Shown here: piece after piece, positions 51,841 through 63,227 of the stretch | How positions within the stretch are numbered: position 1 is the stretch's first letter | Layout: each line of letters starts with the position of its first letter | Notes under the pieces: model-generated | Databases searched by the model: none | Seen by the model: the letters and a program-made list of their open reading frames with translations, nothing else | Told to the model about the DNA's origin: nothing | Made by a program: the position numbers and the translations under genes | Source of the DNA: Dictyostelium discoideum | Taxonomy: Eukaryota | Direction of reading: 5' to 3' | DNA: 64,000 nt | Assembly: GCA_000004695.1 (NCBI GenBank) | Contig: CM000151.3 | Coordinates: 5,728,001-5,792,000 of the forward strand

Positions 51841-52326
51841 ATGGTAAAATCAAGAAAATTAAATAAAAGATTAATGGAGGAGGAAAAATGTAATATAATT
51901 TGTGAAAATACAATTAGAGAAAAGAATGGAACTATCAATTATTTAAAGAAAATGAATCAAAATTAGTATGTAGAGTTTATTGATTACAAAATGAAAATCA
52001 ATATTTGGATAGGATTTCAATAAAACTTTAAATGAAAAAGTAGAAACATTTGAAAAGGAAACAATTAGGATAAAAAATGAATTAGAAATTTATAAATCAG
52101 CATTTGAAAATAGAGAATTTGAAAATATAAATAAAAATAATATTAAATGGAGAGAAGAAGCGTTTTATCATATTTCAAATTTAAATGAATCTGGAATAAA
52201 ATTACTTTCCCAAAAAGATTAGCTTATTAATGAATTAAAATCTAAAATAAATATTATAACTTTAACTCATTGTATCGATTGTAATCCACCTGATCAAATT
52301 ATTGACAGTTTTAATTCCAAATTTTA
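51841..52326 (+). pseudogene. Decayed coding remnant: coiled-coil-like ORF fragments in two frames with a 1-nt frame offset and internal TAG stops.
   Basis: One frame reads MVKSRKLNKRLMEEEKCNIICENTIREKNGTINYLKKMNQN*. Shifted by +1, the next segment reads DFNKTLNEKVETFEKETIRIKNELEIYKSAFENREFENINKNNIKWREEAFYHISNLNESGIKLLSQKD*LINELKSKINIITLTHCIDCNPPDQIIDSFNSKF*. Its composition is coding-like, unlike the surrounding A/T desert. No intron combination that I tried restores a frame. Confidence 0.35.
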
Positions 52327-52631
52327 ATAATAATAATAATAATAAAAATAATAATAATAAAAATAAATAAAAAGATTTTACTATTTTTTTTTTTTTTGAA
52401 AATGGGTTAAAATTGAAATTGATAATATCCAAAACTTAAACTCAATATTTATTTGAACAATCCATAAAATTAAATAAATTTTAAAAAATTATAATATTTA
52501 TTGGTTTTTATTAATTATTTTAAATAAAAAAAAAAAAAATTAGGAAAAATAAAATAAAGATAATTGAAAATAAAATATTTTAATTAGTAGAATAAATTTT
52601 TAATTATTATTTATTGTTATTATTATTATTA

Positions 52632-52676
<45 letters not shown>

Positions 52677-52688
52677 TAATAAATAAAA

Positions 52689-55600
52689 TTAAAATACAGA
52701 ATACTTTCCAGTACTTTGATGAGTTGATTGAACTTCGTCGAGAATCTTTTTAATATCAGATTTTGCATTTTTGACAGATGCATCAGATGGACCTTCAATA
52801 TATAAATATAATTTTCTTTCACCTGGAGCTGGTATTTTATTTGGTGGAAAGAATGTACCTTTTGTTGTAATTGTAGTATTTGTAAAATTGGTAATTTCAA
52901 GTAAAGCATCCTATAAATTTATAAAAAAAAAAAAAAAAAAAAAAAAATTTAATATTACTGTATTCAAAATAATAAAAATTGCTAAAATAAATTTTAAAAA
53001 AAAAAGTACTTACTTTATGAGTAACTTTCCAACGAGCTTGTTGAGAATAATCATTAATTTCTAATTCTTCAATGAAATGAGTTTGATTTAATGGAGTTAT
53101 TTGATTATTTAATTTTTGAATATTACCTTTCATACCTAATTGAGCGGCCAATTGAAGTTTTTTAATTGCTTCTTCGGAGGAGGTAACTTGTGAAATACCA
53201 AATATTTGATTGATAGCCTGTTGACCCACAGGAACTGAAGGATCGGTTTGAAGTAATGAAGAAGGTGTAATGATTGTACCATCTACACCAGGTATGACGA
53301 TAGTATTAGTGGTAGCAGGATCCAATTTTTCTTTTTCAGATAATAATTGTTTTTCTTTTTCAGCGGAAGCAGCGGCCAATTTCTCCTTTTCAGCTTTTTC
53401 TTTATCTTCATCCTCTTCTTCTTCTTCCTCTTCGATACCATATGCTTTTCTTTGTTGTTTTCTTTCAATATTCTTTTTATCCTCTTCGGCAGCATCAAAT
53501 TTATGACCTCTACCAGTGAAACCGGTTGGTGCCAATAGTACATCCTTACCTTCTTTTCTCTTTTTCTCGTAGGTATCATTCAATTTTCTAAGTTCATCGG
53601 GTACTTTTGAACCAGATTGTTCCAAAGCTTTAATGATTGACGAAGAGAATCTCTCTTCGTCGGGTGTGATAAATGTATAAGCAGTACCACGATTTCCTGC
53701 TCTACCAGTTCTACCTACCCTATGAACATAATCTTCCAAATGATCAGGGCAATCGAAATTAACCACAAGATTTAAATCTTTGATATCCAAACCACGTGAT
53801 GCCAATGGTGTAGCGATTAAAATGGTTTTAACCTTATTTTTAAAGTCACTAATGGTTTCATCACGATCGGTTTGATCTTTACTACCATGTAATGATAGAC
53901 ATTGATATTGAGAGTTTGAAAGTTGACGATATAGATTGTCGGTGGTCTCTTGACGATTGGTAAAGATTAAAATCTGACCTTTATGATACCAAATCGATAG
54001 CAATTCTATTAAACGTCTAAATCTAGTTTCAGTTGGACGTACCTCTACAAATTGTTCAATATCTGATGAAACTATACTTCTACCACCAGCAATGATTTCC
54101 AATGGTTTGTTTAGGATCTTCTTTGCGACATTCTCAACTTTTGGAGGAAAAGTTGCAGAGAACATAATGGTTTGACGATCGGGTCTAATACTATCGACGA
54201 TACAATTAATTTGTGGACCAAAACCCATATCAAACATACGATCGGCTTCATCCAACACCAAGAATGTTACACGTCTTAGGTTGGTGATACGTCGATTATT
54301 TGCACATAAAATATCGATCATACGACCTGGTGTGCAAACGACAATATCGGCACCTCTTTTCAATTCGGCTATTTGTTCACTTATACTTGCACCACCATAA
54401 ACACAAGCGGTACGTAATCCAAGTACTTTTGAAAACTTTTTACATTCAACATGAATTTGAAGTGCCAATTCTCTAGTTGGTGACATAATCAATGCAATCA
54501 TACCTTCACCAGGTGCAGATTTTGGTTGTGCCAGTATATGACGAAACATTGGTAAAAGGAATGCCAATGTTTTACCGGAACCAGTTCTGGCAATACCAAT
54601 TAAATCACGACCATTCATAATTGCAGGTATAGTTTGTGCTTGAATTGATGTTGGTTTTTCATATTGAAATTTCTTTAATAGTAAATGAACCTTTTCAGTT
54701 AACCCAGCTTGTGCCCATGATTGAATTGGTTTTGGACAATCTTTACCAGTGATTTTCACACCCAATTCTGATCGAAAATCCAATACCTCTGTTTCAGTCA
54801 TATTGGCCAATACTGGCACTTCAATATAAAAATTCTTTTGAAATTCTGCATACTTTATTGAGGTATGATCAGTATGTAACATCTCTTTCTTTCCTTTTTT
54901 AATGGTTTTATCTTTACCATCATCCTCACCCTCTGATTCCTCCTCTAATTTCTCATCATCATCAATCATTTGTGATGTTTTTGATTTCTTTAAATTTAAA
55001 TTTGCTTCTTTATTTAAATTTTCCATATATGCATCTAATGGATCTATATCATCATCTTCTTCAATTGATTGTTTTATTGTAGTTGTATTTATAGTAGCTG
55101 ATGTTGTTGTTGCTGCTGCTGCTGGTATATTTGCAGTTGGTGGTAATTTTATTTCTTTTTGTTCTATATTTGTATTAACTAATGGTTGAGCTGTTTCTTC
55201 CTCTTCTTCTAAACTCCATTTCTTTTTTATTGGTGATGTTGTAGCTGTTTGCTGTTGTTGTGATGGTATTGTCAATGGTGATGTTGTAGCTGTTGTTGTT
55301 GCTGCTGTTGTTTTTGTTGTTGTTGTTGTTGTTGTTGGTGGAGAAGAAGTAGATCCGCTATTACTACTTCCTGAAGCTTTTAATTCTTGTTCCAATTTTT
55401 GTTTTCTCCATTGTTCAACTTTTTCTCTTCTCTTTTTCATCTCCTCTTCTAAATTTGCTTGTTCAATTTTCTTTTCATTCTCTCTTTCTTGTTTTAATCT
55501 CTCTTGTTCAATTGCTAATTGTTGTGGAGTTTGTTGAAATTGAATTGCTTCGGTTGCAACTCTTTGTTGTTGTTGTTGTTGAAAAACTGGTTGTTGTTGT

Positions 55601-56036
55601 TGTTGTTGTTGTTGATAAACTGGTGGTTGTTGATAAATTGGTGGTGGTTGATGATGTTGAAATATTGGTGGTTGTTGTTGTTTTTGTTGTTGTTGAAATA
55701 TTGGTGGTTGTGGTTGTTGTTGTTTTTGTTGATACATTGGTTGTTGATACATTGGTTGCTGTTTAAAAATTGGTTGGTTTGATATCATTGGTGGTTGTTG
55801 TGGTGCTTGAATTGGAATTGTTTCAGGTGCTTGATCAAATCTAGATTTTCTAGGCTTAGCTGGTGGTGGTGCCTGTATATGTGGTTGTTGTTGTGTTTGT
55901 GTTTGTTGTTGTGGTGGTTGTGAAGGTACATATGATGAGTTTTGTTGTTGTTGTTGTTGTTGTGGTGGTGATTGTTGATGGTGATTTTGATATTTATTTT
56001 GGCTGCTATAATTTCTATCATCCCTATAACCATTTC

Positions 56037-56094
<58 letters not shown>

Positions 56095-56247
56095 ATGACT
56101 TCTATCATCTCTATAATATCTATCGTCTTTTCTATCATCTCTATAATTATTACCACTTGACCCATGTGAATTTCTATTATCATTCGAAGATCTACTTCTA
56201 TCTGATCCTCCATGTTCTAATCTCCTTTTTTTATCATATTCATCCAT
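52689..56247 (-). CDS. DEAD-box ATP-dependent RNA helicase of the DDX46/Prp5 type (about 1151 aa) with an RD/RS-like N-terminus and Q/P-rich linker. Exons are 53014..56247 and 52689..52910.
   Basis: The helicase core has motifs PTSIQAQ (Q/I), ARTGSGKT, PTRELA, DEAD (VLDEADRM), SAT, ...HRVGRTGRAG and a DDX46-like C-terminus IIKALEQSGSKVPDEL. The track ORF reads through a GTAAGT donor (53013) into intron junk. The true last exon follows an ...ATTTATAG acceptor (52911) and reads DALLEITNFTNTTITTKGTFFPPNKIPAPGERKLYLYIEGPSDASVKNAKSDIKKILDEVQSTHQSTGKYSVF*, which is the conserved Prp5 C-terminus. Confidence 0.85.
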
Positions 56248-56537
56248 TTTAACTATTCTTTATTTGTTTAAACAAAAATATTAAAAAAAATAAAAAAATG
56301 AAAAATGAAAAAAAAAAAAAAAAAAAATAAAAAAATATGTGGAAAATGAAAAAAAAAAAAAAAAAAATAAAAATAAATAAAAATTGTATTTGTAGTTTTT
56401 TCAACAATTAATTTAATTTATTTTTAAAATAAAAATAAAAATAGAAAAATTTATTTTCATTTTTTTATTTTTTATATTTTATTTTTTTATTTTTTTTATT
56501 TTTTTATTTTTTTATTTTTTTATTTTTTTAATATATT

Positions 56538-58400
56538 TTAAAATAATCTTCTTTTAATTTCTTTCTTTAAATAAAATAATTCTTTATCACTATTACTACC
56601 AATGAAACCTTTATTTTCATGCATTCTTCTAATTAAATAAGGTAAAACTTCTTCAACCGGACCAAACGGTACATATTTGAAAATTCTTTGATGTTGATCC
56701 ACCAAATTAAAACTAAGGAAATCGGCCATACCAAATAATTGACCAAATTGTATATTTGGATTAGTTGGATCAATTTTATATTGTTTAATTAATTTTGTAC
56801 CTAAATTGATTGAATCTTCATTATGTGAAGCTATCATGAGACCAATTGAATTTGGATCGGATTTAATTTGATTCAATAAGAAATCCAATGCTGTATTATA
56901 ACTTTTATGTGTATCTTGAATTGTTGGTAAGACTGGATTTTCAGTTGACAATCTTTGAGAACGTTCACTCTCTGTAACCATATAAGCACCACGTACGATT
57001 TTAGCACCCAATTTAAAGTTAAACTTTTGTGATGACGATAGCTCAAAATGTTGTTTCAATACATTCATACCATTAACTAAATACATTTGATAGGTATTGT
57101 AAATTATTGGTTTCTCTTTATTATACTTAATTGAATAGGACATTGTTAAATGGTGAATTGCAACTTGATAATAACTTTGTTCGGCATCCACTAAAATCGG
57201 TACACCACGTTGATGACATAATTGAAAAATCTTGTCCATTCTATTAAAGAATTCTTTAATCTCTTTGATATCTTTACTTGTTAACAATGGTTCACTTCCT
57301 TGTTTCATCAATGATGATGATTGATTTAAATAGAAATCCAATGGTGAATTAAATGATTCAATTGGTAATTCCGATACATTGGTTGTTACATTGGATACTA
57401 AAGTATTCATTTTCTCCAATACTGATGGTGTAACCAATCCTGTGAACTTAACACAACTGAATGAATTGGTTGGATTCTTTGCTGCAACTCTAATGGTTTC
57501 ACAAATATTCTCTGCAACACTATCGAAACCTTCTGAACTACCTGCCAACTCTTCAATTGCATAATCTAAAATTGTACCAATACCTAATTTATTTAATTTC
57601 TCTGTAAATATTTCAGTTTCTCTAATTGTCTCTCCTGCGCAAAATTGTTTAAAAAATGAATATTTAATGAAAAAATTTAATGGTTTTGACAATCCTAATC
57701 TATAAATTTAATTTAAAAAAAAATAAAAAATAAAAAAAAAAGTGGGTTAATTTTTTTTTTTTTTTTTGTTTAAATAATATAAAATAAAAAAAATGAATAG
57801 AAAAAAAAAAATAAAATAAAATAAAATAAAATAAAAAACTTACTTTTCAAATAAATTTAAAAATTTTTGACTATTATCAGAAATAAAATTAATTGAACAA
57901 ACTTTTAAAATCATAAAAGTAAAAAATAATTCACCTGTTGATTTTGAAACATATAATTTTGAAGTATCCAAATCCAATTTATTATTATTTTGGTTATTTG
58001 GAGGACCAAATTTATCATCTTTTTCAAAATTATTATTATTATTATTATAATTTTTATTATTTACATTGTTGGTTTGATTTGAATGATTTTCATTTAATGT
58101 ATCCAAAATTGAATTTGGTGTTGAAATTGTTGAAAATTTAACAACATTTAAATCATTATTAATAATGTTATTACTATTATTGTTATTACTATTATTATTA
58201 TTATTTATGATTGTAGAATTAATTGAAATTGGTGTTTGAATATTACTATTACTGCTATTATGATTTAGTGTTGTATTAAATCTTTTTATTGTACCAAAGC
58301 CACTTTTTAATGAGCTATTAATATTATTATTATTATTATTTCTAATATTAATAAAAGTATTACTATTTTTATTTATTATTCTAACTGTATTTTTTATCAT
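56538..58400 (-). CDS. Proline dehydrogenase (proline oxidase), likely mitochondrial, of about 572 aa. Exons are 57844..58400 and 56538..57699.
   Basis: Exon 1 is MIKNTVRIINKNSNTF...(Asn-rich)...KSTGELFFTFMILKVCSINFISDNSQKFLNLFE+AA, with a GTAAGT donor (57843). The acceptor is ...ATTTATAG (57700). Exon 2 is (K)LGLSKPLNFFIKYSFFKQFCAGETI...VDAEQSYYQ...GAKIVRGAYM...FGQLFGMADFLSFNLV...KYVPFGPVEEVLPYLIRRMHENKGF. The ProDH signatures (L.GM.D....V.KYvPyGp..e..pYL.RR..EN) are present. Confidence 0.8.
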
Positions 58401-58909
58401 TTAAAAATTTGTAATAATTGGATTTATCTGAAAATATATGTATAAAATCTATTATTAAATTATAATTTTAATTATTAATAATTTTTTATTTTTTTTTAGT
58501 TTTTAAGTTTTTAGTTTTTTAAGTTTTTAGTTATTTTTGATATAGGTGACAAAATAAATATTAATTTATTGTTAAAAAATTTTTTGTTTTATTTGTTTTG
58601 TTTTATAATTTATAAATTGAATTAATATAAAAAAGGAAAAAGACTTAAAAAAAATAAAAAAATAAAAAAAAAAATAAAAAAAATAAAAAAATAAAAAAAA
58701 AAATAAAAAACTATTAAATTAAAATAAAATTAATTTAAAATAAAAAGAAAAATAAAAAAAAAGTGTGTGTGTGTGTTTATTTATGAATGGTTTATACCTG
58801 TGTGAAAAAAAAAAATATAAAATAAAATAAAATATAAAAAAAAAAAAAAAAAAAAAATTCGGTTGATTTGTTGGAAATTTTTTTTTTTGATTAGTGCACG
58901 AAGAAATTT

Positions 58910-58961
<52 letters not shown>

Positions 58962-59521
58962 GTTTGGGTGGTGACATTTGGGACCAGGTCTAAAAATCAA
59001 AAAAAACAAAAAAATTGTAAAAAAATCAAAAAAAAAAAAATCAAAAAAAAAAATCAAAAAAAAAAAATAATAATAAAAAATTCCAATTAAATTTAGTTAA
59101 AATCAAAAAAAATTTAATTTGGAGTAATATAAAATAATTTCTTTTTTTTTTTTCCTTTTTCTCTGGAAGAAATTGGTCAGAAAATCATATTGTAATACAT
59201 TTATAGAAATCAAACAAGGTTATATTTATTATAATATTCCAAAATAAATTAATTTTTTCAACATTATATCAATTTTATAAAAAAAAGCCATATAGAAATT
59301 CCACCAATATCTACATTTAAAGAAACTTTTATAATATTATAATTAAAACTATTATTATTATTGTTATAATTTTATTATAATTTATAGTTGGAATAAATTA
59401 ATTTCTTTAAATTTTTTTTTATTTTTTTATTTTTTTATTTTTTTTTTTATTTTTTTATTTTTTTTTATCTTTTATATTTGTTATTTATTAATTTTCCCCA
59501 ATAAACTTAATTAAAAATTAA

Positions 59522-60532
59522 TTAATTTGAAGAAGAATTTAAAAAATCAACAAAAGAATCAGCAATTAAATGAGGTTGTGGTGGGTGTAATTGAGCAAAT
59601 TTATAAAATTGTCTTCTTTGGTTTCTCAATTCCACTAAATTTAATTTACTATGAATTACAACTCTTTTCTCAGTACCTGGTACTTTAATATAATCACCAA
59701 CCATTGATGATTGGAGTGCATCTGAAATAACACTTGTTATCTCTTGTGTTTTCGTTTCTAATTCATGTACAAAATTTGCTGGTGATAATGATTGCTTTTT
59801 TTTTTTTAAAAAAAAAAATAATAAAAATAATAATAATAAGTATTAATAAAACAATAGAATTAATAAAATGTAAATTTAAAATAAAACTTACAGATTGAGT
59901 TGCATAATTTGGTCTTAATTCTTGAACTTCAAATAAAGTTTTAAATAATAATTCATGTGGTAATGTATGTTGTGGTTCTAAAGTGAATAAAGGTGAATCC
60001 CATCTATTCTTTGGATTTGGTACTTCAAATCTATTTGTTAACTCATCTAATAATTTCTCAGAATATGCAACTGATTGATCCCTTTCTTGATTCCATTTTT
60101 TAGCTAAATCTCTTGGTGTATTACAATAAAGCTATATTATTATTATTATTTATTAGTATTAGCGTATTTCTATATATAAATTTTAAAATATATATAGATA
60201 GATAGATAGATAGATATACATACAACTAATAATCTTGTACCGGCAGCTCTTGCAATACAATAAAGTTCATATCTATAACCTTTAATATAATTTAATGAAT
60301 CTGAAATGACTACAGTATCTTTTGAAAGATTTCTATCGGTTGCACCTTTAAGTGAACCTCTTGTCATCTTTTCTGTGAGTGAATCTTTATAACCTTCATT
60401 TTTATTTATTAATAATGATTCTTCATTTATAATTATAACTTTTTTACCGAGATTTGTAAAATGTTCATATAATTCTTTTGCTCTTGTTGTTTTACCACTA
60501 CATGGTGGTCCACTTAATACAATTAATGGCAT
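59522..60532 (-). CDS. KTI12/PSTK-family P-loop protein (Elongator-associated Kti12 homolog) of about 273 aa. Exons are 60224..60532, 59892..60131 and 59522..59794.
   Basis: Exon 1 is MPLIVLSGPPCSGKTTRAKELYEHF...SLNYIKGYRYELYCIARAAGTRLLV, with a GTATGT donor (60223). Intron 1 contains (GATA)5. Exon 2, after ...AATAATATAG, is LYCNTPRDLAKKWNQERDQSVAYSEKLLDELTNRFEVPNPKNRWDSPLFTL...RPNYATQS, with a GTAAGT donor (59891). Exon 3, after ...AAAAAAG (59795), is QSLSPANFVHELETKTQEITSVISDALQSSMVGDYIKVPGTEKRVVIHSKLNLVELRNQRRQFYKFAQLHPPQ.... This is collinear with human KTI12 (...AARTPLCLVYC...RNRWDRPLFTL...LRRQFISYTKMHP). Confidence 0.8.
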
Positions 60533-60734
60533 TATTATTTTTATTATTATTTGGTTATTTATTTATTATTATTTGCTTGTTAATTATATAATCGAAATTA
60601 AAAATTGAAAATTAAAAATAAAAATTGGAAGTGTGTGGGTTTGTTTTTAAATTATTTACTCGGATTTTTCTAAAAATAATAAAAATAATAAAAATAATGT
60701 TTTGTCGTTTTTGTGAAAATAAATTTTTAAAAAA

Positions 60735-60767
<33 letters not shown>

Positions 60768-60882
60768 TTAAAATTACAATCGAATTTATTCTTTTTTTTA
60801 TCCTCACAAAAATCTAAATAAAAAAAAAAGACTATTATATATATCTAATATAATATATATAATATATATCTCTCTTTTTCCG

Positions 60883-60913
<31 letters not shown>

Positions 60914-60918
60914 AAAAA

Positions 60919-61287
60919 ATGACATGTGGTGAAAAGCCAACATTTAAAGAATTATTTGTAGTTGCTGTATTGGATCATCCAATTGTGTTTGGCATTTTAT
61001 TTGGTTTAATGTTTATATCTATAGGGTTTATAGGTAACTTTTTAAAATTATATCTATTTTTTTATTTTACATATCCATATGTATATTTATATAATAAATA
61101 TTAATTTTTTTATTTTTTTTATTTTTTTTATTTTTTTTTTTTATTTTTTTTTTTTTAAAAAAAATTAATCACACACAATAAAGTCCATAACTTTAGAAAA
61201 TTTAAAGAAGAATTAGATTTAGCAGAAAAGGAGAGAGAAATGGAAGAAAAAGAAGAAGAGGAAAAAGAATCTAAAAAAAATAAATAA
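60919..61287 (+). CDS. Hypothetical small membrane protein of about 73 aa with one TM helix and a Glu/Lys-rich tail. Putative exons are 60919..61033 and 61184..61287.
   Basis: It starts MTCGEKPTFKELFVVAVLDHPIVFGILFGLMFISIGFIG, has a GTAACT donor (61034) and a ...CAATAAAG acceptor (61183), then reads VHNFRKFKEELDLAEKEREMEEKEEEEKESKKNK*. The splice is an inference. The track ORF otherwise reads into Y/F-rich intron-like junk. Confidence 0.3.
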
Positions 61288-61523
61288 TATTTATATAATA
61301 ATAATAAAAAAATAATAAAAATGTACATTAACAATGAATTAAAATTTATTTTATTTTCAAAGATCTTTTTTTAAAATTTTAGTTTATTATTTTATATATA
61401 TAATTATTTTAAAATTTGTAATTTTTTATTTTTTGGTCTATAAATAAACTTATTTTTTTTTATTTTTTTTTTAAATTATTTATTATTTAATTAATTATTT
61501 TAATTATTATTTAAATTATTATT

Positions 61524-62435
61524 TTAAAATTCAGTTACAGATAAAGCAATACAAAATTGACCTAGCCAATAAACAATCATACCAAGATCTCCATGACCTA
61601 AAAGTTTACGAATAGTACTAACTTGACCATTTGCTAATTGATTAATTTCTCTAACCAAGATCATTAAATCAGAGATGAAAAAGAGTACAGCACCAATTGC
61701 ACCAATACTTGCGTAAAATGAGAAAGAAGAAAAGATATTTGAAAAGATGTCATGATTATTATTGATGATGGTAATCAATTTGAGGAAGGATTTGACCGAG
61801 GCAGTGAAGCACATTGTTACAATTACCGAGGTATAGAATAACAAAGCGATTGCCAATGATTTCGATATACCCATTTTGGAAAACAGTGGGAATACCTTTG
61901 CCAAATACATATAAACGAATAAACAAACTATACCCACCAACAATGCAGTTACAGTTGGTGTAAAGAATTGTTCTGATGAAGTGAACGCAAATATAAAACT
62001 AATATGTGCAACCAAGAAAAAGAAAACCCCATGAATGAAGAATCTCTTATACAAGAGGAAGAAATCCCCAACCGCTGATAAAAACAAACCAACAGAGATA
62101 TACATTGCATAGGTTGTTGGATTGTTTGGTATAATTAAATTAAACATTTGTTGGGTACCGCTCTTATGATGAATTGAGCACCATAATAATACTATATATC
62201 CTAAAATTACCACTGGTATGGGTTTAATAATTCTAAATTTACTTGTTGAATTTCTTTTTGCCATTAAATATCCAATACCCGTTGTTATAAACATTGTATA
62301 CAATAATTTCCACCACATATCCTTATCAATATATAATACATTACCTGCATTACTATCAATATTTGTAACTGTACTATGTTGTTGTTGACTTAAACTTTCA
62401 ATATTATTATTATCAATTATTATTGGTTCTTCCAT
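61524..62435 (-). CDS. YhhN-family multi-pass membrane protein (TMEM86/lysoplasmalogenase-like) of 303 aa.
   Basis: Single ORF with about 8 hydrophobic helices. The two GDxxL-type YhhN motifs are VGLFLSAVGDFFLL and VLFFISDLMIL. Confidence 0.65.
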   Translation of the reverse strand: MEEPIIIDNNNIESLSQQQHSTVTNIDSNAGNVLYIDKDMWWKLLYTMFITTGIGYLMAKRNSTSKFRIIKPIPVVILGYIVLLWCSIHHKSGTQQMFNLIIPNNPTTYAMYISVGLFLSAVGDFFLLYKRFFIHGVFFFLVAHISFIFAFTSSEQFFTPTVTALLVGIVCLFVYMYLAKVFPLFSKMGISKSLAIALLFYTSVIVTMCFTASVKSFLKLITIINNNHDIFSNIFSSFSFYASIGAIGAVLFFISDLMILVREINQLANGQVSTIRKLLGHGDLGMIVYWLGQFCIALSVTEF

Positions 62436-62623
62436 TATTTATTTTTTTTTTTTTTTATTTAAAATAATTAAATAAAAATTTTCTTTTTTCTTTTTTCTTT
62501 TTTCTTTTTTCTTTTTTTTTTTTTTTCTTTTTTTTTTTTTTTTTATGATAAATTCTATCTGTATGCTAAATATGTATCAATCAACAAATAAAAATTTTAA
62601 TTTTTTTTTTTTTATTATTAAAA

Positions 62624-62658
<35 letters not shown>

Positions 62659-63054
62659 AATTAATTTATGATTATGTATGTATGTATAAAAGTGTTGAGT
62701 ATTTTATTATGAAATTAAAATTTAAAAATTAGCGAAAATATTTGTGGTGTGTTTAAAATAAAAAAAAATAATAAAGAAAAAAAAAAAAAATTAAAAAAAA
62801 AAAAAAATTAAAATAAAAAACAAATTAAATTTTATGTTTTAAAATAAAATAAAAAATCTTTGCAGCATGGGATTTTTTCTAAACCCAGTGAAAATTTTTT
62901 TTTGATCAACTCTGAAACCCTCGAAAAATAAAAAAAATAAATTAATATCTGAATATATTTACTTTAATTTTAAAATTTTATTAATTTTTTTTTAATTTTT
63001 TTATTTTATTTGTTTTTTTTCCTTTATACTAATATAATTAATTAATTATATTCA

Positions 63055-63087
<33 letters not shown>

Positions 63088-63227
63088 CTTTCAAATTTTA
63101 ATCAATTTTTTTTTTTTTTTTAATTTATTTTATTTTTTTTTTTAATTTTGATTTTTTAATTTTTTAATTTTTTTTTTTTTTTTTTTATTTTATTTTATTT
63201 TATTTTTTTTTCAATAATTAAAATAAA
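62436..63227. promoter_or_regulatory. Divergent promoter between the YhhN-like gene (minus) and the BPNT1-like gene (plus). It contains a GC-richer element, ctttgcagcatgggattttttctaaacccagtgaaaa...aactctgaaaccctcgaaaaa (about 62856-62930).
   Basis: The geometry is head-to-head. The element stands out from the flanking oligo-A/T sequence. Confidence 0.3.
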
